A stretch of DNA of 20,000 nt. Source: Desulfonatronovibrionaceae bacterium (GTDB lineage: Bacteria > Desulfobacterota > Desulfovibrionia > Desulfovibrionales > Desulfonatronovibrionaceae). The translations under genes were made by a program, and so were the position numbers. Each line of letters opens with the position of its first letter. Position 1 is the first letter of the stretch. Shown here in pieces: positions 16,355 to 20,000 of this stretch. The stretch lies in NCBI GenBank assembly GCA_046539845.1, contig JBKHGE010000001.1:181569-201568 (forward strand), given 5' to 3'. Under the pieces are notes generated by a model. That model saw only the letters and a list, made by a program, of their open reading frames with translations, was not told the DNA's origin and did no database searches.

Positions 16355-17125
16355 ATGACTGGTTTTTTCGGCTGGCTGGGAAGGGCAAGCATAGATTTTA
16401 TCCGGGAGGGCGGACAGGTTATCCTGCTTTTTTTGTCCGCTGCCCACTGGGTGGTGCGGCCCCCTTACCGATGGCGGCTGTTTTTGCGGCAGATGGAGTT
16501 CATCGGCGTACACTCCCTGTTCGTTGTCTCCCTGACCGGGCTTTTTACCGGCATGGTTCTGGCCCTGCAGACCTATTACGCCTTCAGCATGTTCTCCGCG
16601 GAAAGCCTGGTCGGGGCCACGGTGGCCCTGTCCATGACCCGGGAGCTGGGTCCGGTGATAACCGCGCTCATGGTCACCGGCCGGGCCGGATCTTCCATTG
16701 CTGCGGAGCTGGGGACCATGCGGGTCACCGAGCAGGTAGACGCGCTCACGGTGATGGCCATCAGTCCGGTGCAGTACTTGGTGGTCCCCCGCATCCTGGC
16801 CGGAATAGTGGTCCTGCCCCTGCTTACGGTGGTAAGCGATTTTATCGGCGTGCTCGGCGGTTATCTGGTCGGGGTAAAACTGTTGGGTATTAACAGCTCC
16901 ATGTTTATGAACAAGATATATGAGTTCGTGGAGATGACCGATATCTATAACGGACTGACCAAGGCGGCTGTATTTGGGCTTTTGCTTACCCTGGTCGGCT
17001 GTTACAAGGGTTTTTATACCACCGGAGGTGCGGAAGGCGTGGGGAAATCCACCACTCAGGCAGTGGTTTTGTCTTCGGTTTTGATCCTTATGAGCGACTA
17101 CGTGATGACCGCGCTCATGTTCTGA
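16355..17125 (+). CDS. mlaE: MlaE-family lipid ABC transporter permease
   Basis: 'QMEFIGVHSL', 'FTGMVLALQ', 'RELGPVITALMVTGRAGSSIAAELGTMRVTEQVDAL', 'YLVVPR', 'GGAEGVGKSTTQAVV'. Confidence 0.95.
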   Translation: MTGFFGWLGRASIDFIREGGQVILLFLSAAHWVVRPPYRWRLFLRQMEFIGVHSLFVVSLTGLFTGMVLALQTYYAFSMFSAESLVGATVALSMTRELGPVITALMVTGRAGSSIAAELGTMRVTEQVDALTVMAISPVQYLVVPRILAGIVVLPLLTVVSDFIGVLGGYLVGVKLLGINSSMFMNKIYEFVEMTDIYNGLTKAAVFGLLLTLVGCYKGFYTTGGAEGVGKSTTQAVVLSSVLILMSDYVMTALMF

Positions 17126-17150
17126 CAATTTGGCAGGCAGGCGATAAAAG

Positions 17151-17921
17151 ATGGCGGAAAGCAAAAATGGTGCAGCCATAGAGCTCAAGGGGGTGCGCAA
17201 GTCCTTCGGGTCCCAGGAGGTGCTTAAGGGAGTGGATATTGCCTTGCCCCGGGACCGGGTCAATGTGATCATCGGCCGCAGCGGTGGCGGCAAGAGCGTG
17301 CTGTTAAAGCACATTATCGGGCTTTTAAAGCCGGACTTTGGACAGGTGCTGGTCCACGGCCGGGATATAGTCCCCCTGGGGGAGCTCGAATTGGCTGATA
17401 TCCGGCGGGGTTTTGGCATGCTTTTCCAGGAAGCCGCCCTTTTCGACTCTTTGACAGTCTTTGAAAACGTGGCCTTTCCCTTGAAAGAACACACCGGCAT
17501 GAAAAAGAAGGAAATAGCCGAAAAAGTGGAGGAGAAACTGGCCTCGGTGGGACTCAAGGGCATGGGCTACAAGATGCCGGCCGAACTTTCCGGGGGCATG
17601 CGCAAGCGGGTCGGATTGGCCCGGGCTCTGGCTTTGGATCCGCAGATTGTGCTTTTCGACGAACCCACTTCCGGCCTGGATCCGGTTATGTCCGCGGCCA
17701 TAAATGAGCTCATTCTGCGGACCAAGGAGGAGTTTCGGGCCACATGCGTGGTCATCAGCCATGACATCCAGGCCACGATGGATACCGCGGACAATATCTT
17801 TATGCTTTACGAGGGGCGGATAATCGCCGAAGGCGGGCCCCGGACCATTACCGAATGGGATGATCCGGTGGTCAGACAGTTCATCCATGGTCAGGCCCGA
17901 GGGCCCATACAGGTGAATTGA
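17151..17921 (+). CDS. mlaF: MlaF-family ABC ATPase
   Basis: Walker A 'GRSGGGKS', 'LFQEAALFDSLTVFENVAFPL', 'LSGGMRKRVGLARAL', 'LFDEPTSGLDP', 'DPVVRQFI'. Confidence 0.93.
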   Translation: MAESKNGAAIELKGVRKSFGSQEVLKGVDIALPRDRVNVIIGRSGGGKSVLLKHIIGLLKPDFGQVLVHGRDIVPLGELELADIRRGFGMLFQEAALFDSLTVFENVAFPLKEHTGMKKKEIAEKVEEKLASVGLKGMGYKMPAELSGGMRKRVGLARALALDPQIVLFDEPTSGLDPVMSAAINELILRTKEEFRATCVVISHDIQATMDTADNIFMLYEGRIIAEGGPRTITEWDDPVVRQFIHGQARGPIQVN

Positions 17922-17987
17922 AGTGAAGAGCGGAGACAACTGCGGTTTGGCCGGCTGGTCCGGGCATAAAAATTTATTGGAGTGCTT

Positions 17988-19502
17988 ATGGCGGCAAAAG
18001 CAGGCATAGAGGTCAAGGTGGGTATCTTCGTGTTTGCGGCGATTCTGGCCCTGGCCTACATGACTACGCAGGTGAGTAAGGGCAAGAAGGTTACCGGGGA
18101 TATGTATGAGGTCCAGGCCTATTTTGAAAATGTGAGCGGGCTGAAGAAAAAGGCCCCAGTGGAGATCGCGGGCATAGAAGTGGGACTGGTCAAGGATATC
18201 TCTTTGGAGGGTTCCCGGGCCAGACTTACCTTGGCTCTGGAACCGAACGTGATCCTGCACGCCGACTCCGAGGTTGCGGTCCGCACCCGGGGGGTGCTGG
18301 GCGATAAATACGTGGAAATAAGACCGGGCACCGAGGCCTATCCAGATCTCGAAAGCGGGGACCAAATAGCCCGGTCCGAGGCCCCTGCGGATATAGATCA
18401 ATTGTTTCAAAAAGTGGGCAAGATAGCCGATGACATTGGGCGTGTGGCCGAGAGCGTTTCCAATGTCATGGGCGGGGAAAAGGGGGAGCAGGATCTGCGG
18501 ATTTTGGTGGAGAATATGAAGGAGATGTCCGTGGGACTGAACCGTATGGTCCAGACCAATGTGGACAGTATAAACGCAATTGTTTCCAACTTAAAGGATT
18601 TTTCCGCGGACATGAAGGATATTTCCGGGACCAACAAACAGGCCCTGAACCGGATAATCAACAATTTCGAGGACACCTCCACTGAGATGCAAACGACCAT
18701 AAGCCGGATGAATTCCCTTCTGGCCAAGGCGGAGAGCGGGGAAGGGACCATGGGTAAATTGATGTCCGATAAGGAAATGGGCGAGGATCTGAAGGAGACC
18801 GTGGTCTCGCTCAAAAACGTGTCCAAGAAGATAGACGAGGGCAGGGGCACGGTGGGCAAGCTGATCAACGAGGAAAAGACCGGGGATGAACTGGACAAGG
18901 CCCTGGAAGGCATAAATAAGTACCTGGCCAAACAGGACGAATTCAAGACCTCGGTGGATTTTCATTCCGAATGGATGGCTGATACCGGGGATATCAAATC
19001 CTACCTTAATCTAAAGCTGCAGCCCTCGGAGGACAAATACTATCTTTTGGGCGTAGTGGACGACCCCAAGGGGAGGACGGAAACCACGATCACCAAGACC
19101 AAATGGAAGGGTTCCGGGGGAAGTGGCTGGAAAGAGGAACACGAAGAGGAGACCAAGGAGGACAGGCTCAAATTCAACGCCCAATTGGCCAAGCGTTGGA
19201 ATGATCTGGTCTTGCGCGGGGGGATATTTGAGTCCTCAGGCGGCGTTGGCTTGGATTACTATTTCTGGGAAGATCGGATAAAGCTGTTTGCCGAGGCCTT
19301 TGATTTTCACCACGAGGACCCGCCGCACCTGAAGGCCGGAGGGACCCTATATTTCCTGCGCAATTTTTACGTAACCGCAGGCATGGACGACTTTGTAAGC
19401 GACAGCGGGGACGAGTCCTTTTTCGCCGGGGCGGGGATATATTTCACAGACGACGATCTCAAATACATCATGTCCAGCGCCCCGGTGAGTACGGATCCGT
19501 AA
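17988..19502 (+). CDS. mlaD: Long MlaD/MCE protein: TM anchor, MCE domain, helical stalk, C-terminal beta-rich (probable OM barrel) domain
   Basis: 'EVKVGIFV' TM, MCE motifs 'FENVSGLKKKAPVEIAGIEVGLVKDI' and 'RTRGVLGDKYVEIRPG', about 190 aa of heptad-like helical sequence, then alternating amphipathic strands. GGAG precedes ATG 17988. Confidence 0.9.
   Translation: MAAKAGIEVKVGIFVFAAILALAYMTTQVSKGKKVTGDMYEVQAYFENVSGLKKKAPVEIAGIEVGLVKDISLEGSRARLTLALEPNVILHADSEVAVRTRGVLGDKYVEIRPGTEAYPDLESGDQIARSEAPADIDQLFQKVGKIADDIGRVAESVSNVMGGEKGEQDLRILVENMKEMSVGLNRMVQTNVDSINAIVSNLKDFSADMKDISGTNKQALNRIINNFEDTSTEMQTTISRMNSLLAKAESGEGTMGKLMSDKEMGEDLKETVVSLKNVSKKIDEGRGTVGKLINEEKTGDELDKALEGINKYLAKQDEFKTSVDFHSEWMADTGDIKSYLNLKLQPSEDKYYLLGVVDDPKGRTETTITKTKWKGSGGSGWKEEHEEETKEDRLKFNAQLAKRWNDLVLRGGIFESSGGVGLDYYFWEDRIKLFAEAFDFHHEDPPHLKAGGTLYFLRNFYVTAGMDDFVSDSGDESFFAGAGIYFTDDDLKYIMSSAPVSTDP
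18726..18929 (+). repeat. Two tandem 34-aa repeats within MlaD (G-x-G-T-x-G-K-L)
   Basis: KAESGEGTMGKLMSDKEMGEDLKETVVSLKNVSK / KIDEGRGTVGKLINEEKTGDELDKALEGINKYLA. The GxGT Gly codons are at 18738 and 18840, a 102-nt period. Confidence 0.75.
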
Positions 19503-19987
19503 TGCGTATTGCCGTGGTCTCGGATACCCATATGCAGGCCCCGGATGACCTGCTCGCGTATGCCTATGAAAACTGGCTGTGCCACGCAGACTGCATTATT
19601 CATTGCGGGGATTTCACTTCCGCGGGCGTGGCTGATTTCCTTGCCGCCCATCCCGGTTTTAGGGCTGTAAGGGGTAATTGCGACCATTTTCCCGGCAGCC
19701 AAGACCTGCCTTTGAGCCTGGAAATGGAGGTCTGCGGTTTGCAGGTGGGAGCGGCCCACGGTTGGGGCCGGCGTTTTGAGGTGGCCGGGAATGTGGCCGA
19801 GGCCTTCGGCCCGGGACTGGACATCATCTTTTACGGCCACACCCACGAGCGCTTTCAGGGCAAAAGCAGGCACGGCGCCCTGCTGGTAAACCCGGGTGCC
19901 TTTTTCCAGCCCAAATCCGGGTCTCCGTCCCTTGCCCTGGTGGAGATCAGGGCCGTGCCCAGAGTTGATTTCGTGGATATAGAATAA
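19502..19987 (+). CDS. Metallophosphoesterase, YfcE/MJ0936 family
   Basis: 'VVSDTH', 'IHCGD', 'VRGNCD', 'AHG', 'FYGHTH', 'VNPG'. The ATG overlaps the mlaD TAA. Confidence 0.92.
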   Translation: MRIAVVSDTHMQAPDDLLAYAYENWLCHADCIIHCGDFTSAGVADFLAAHPGFRAVRGNCDHFPGSQDLPLSLEMEVCGLQVGAAHGWGRRFEVAGNVAEAFGPGLDIIFYGHTHERFQGKSRHGALLVNPGAFFQPKSGSPSLALVEIRAVPRVDFVDIE

Positions 19988-20000
19988 CACCGGTCCCTGC

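Noticed and set aside
16265..18946. Minus-strand ORFs (432, 361, 179 aa) opposite mlaEFD
   Set aside because: Antisense shadows; the plus-strand genes fully explain the region.
1..20000. Frequent CCGG/CCCGG words suggesting a repeat family or CRISPR
   Set aside because: They are scattered through coding sequence without periodicity and are explained by GC content and CGG/CCG codon usage.

Overview
GC-rich bacterial chromosomal segment made up mostly of housekeeping genes. Gene order and protein sequences suggest a Desulfovibrionales-like sulfate reducer (inference). Plus strand: rimM (partial)-trmD::SPOUT fusion-rplS-rnhB-yraN-rsmI-PTS mannose-family IID-ptsH-ptsI-smpB-glcD-like FAD oxidase. 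A stand-alone YcaO-family gene follows on the minus strand, overlapping the end of glcD. The plus strand then continues with secA-argJ-HD hydrolase-TonB/TolA-C-like membrane protein-CHASE2 sensor remnant (internal deletion plus two apparent frameshifts)-mlaE-mlaF-long mlaD-metallophosphoesterase. I saw no rRNA, tRNA, tmRNA, CRISPR array, transposase or phage gene. The most notable items are (1) a minimal MlaEFD system whose MlaD carries a long helical stalk and a probable C-terminal outer-membrane beta-barrel, (2) an orphan YcaO where a GlcF partner might be expected, with a quasi-palindrome in the convergent overlap, (3) a two-SPOUT-domain TrmD fusion, and (4) a decayed CHASE2 gene readable across three frames. 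None can be shown to be a wholly new system from sequence alone.
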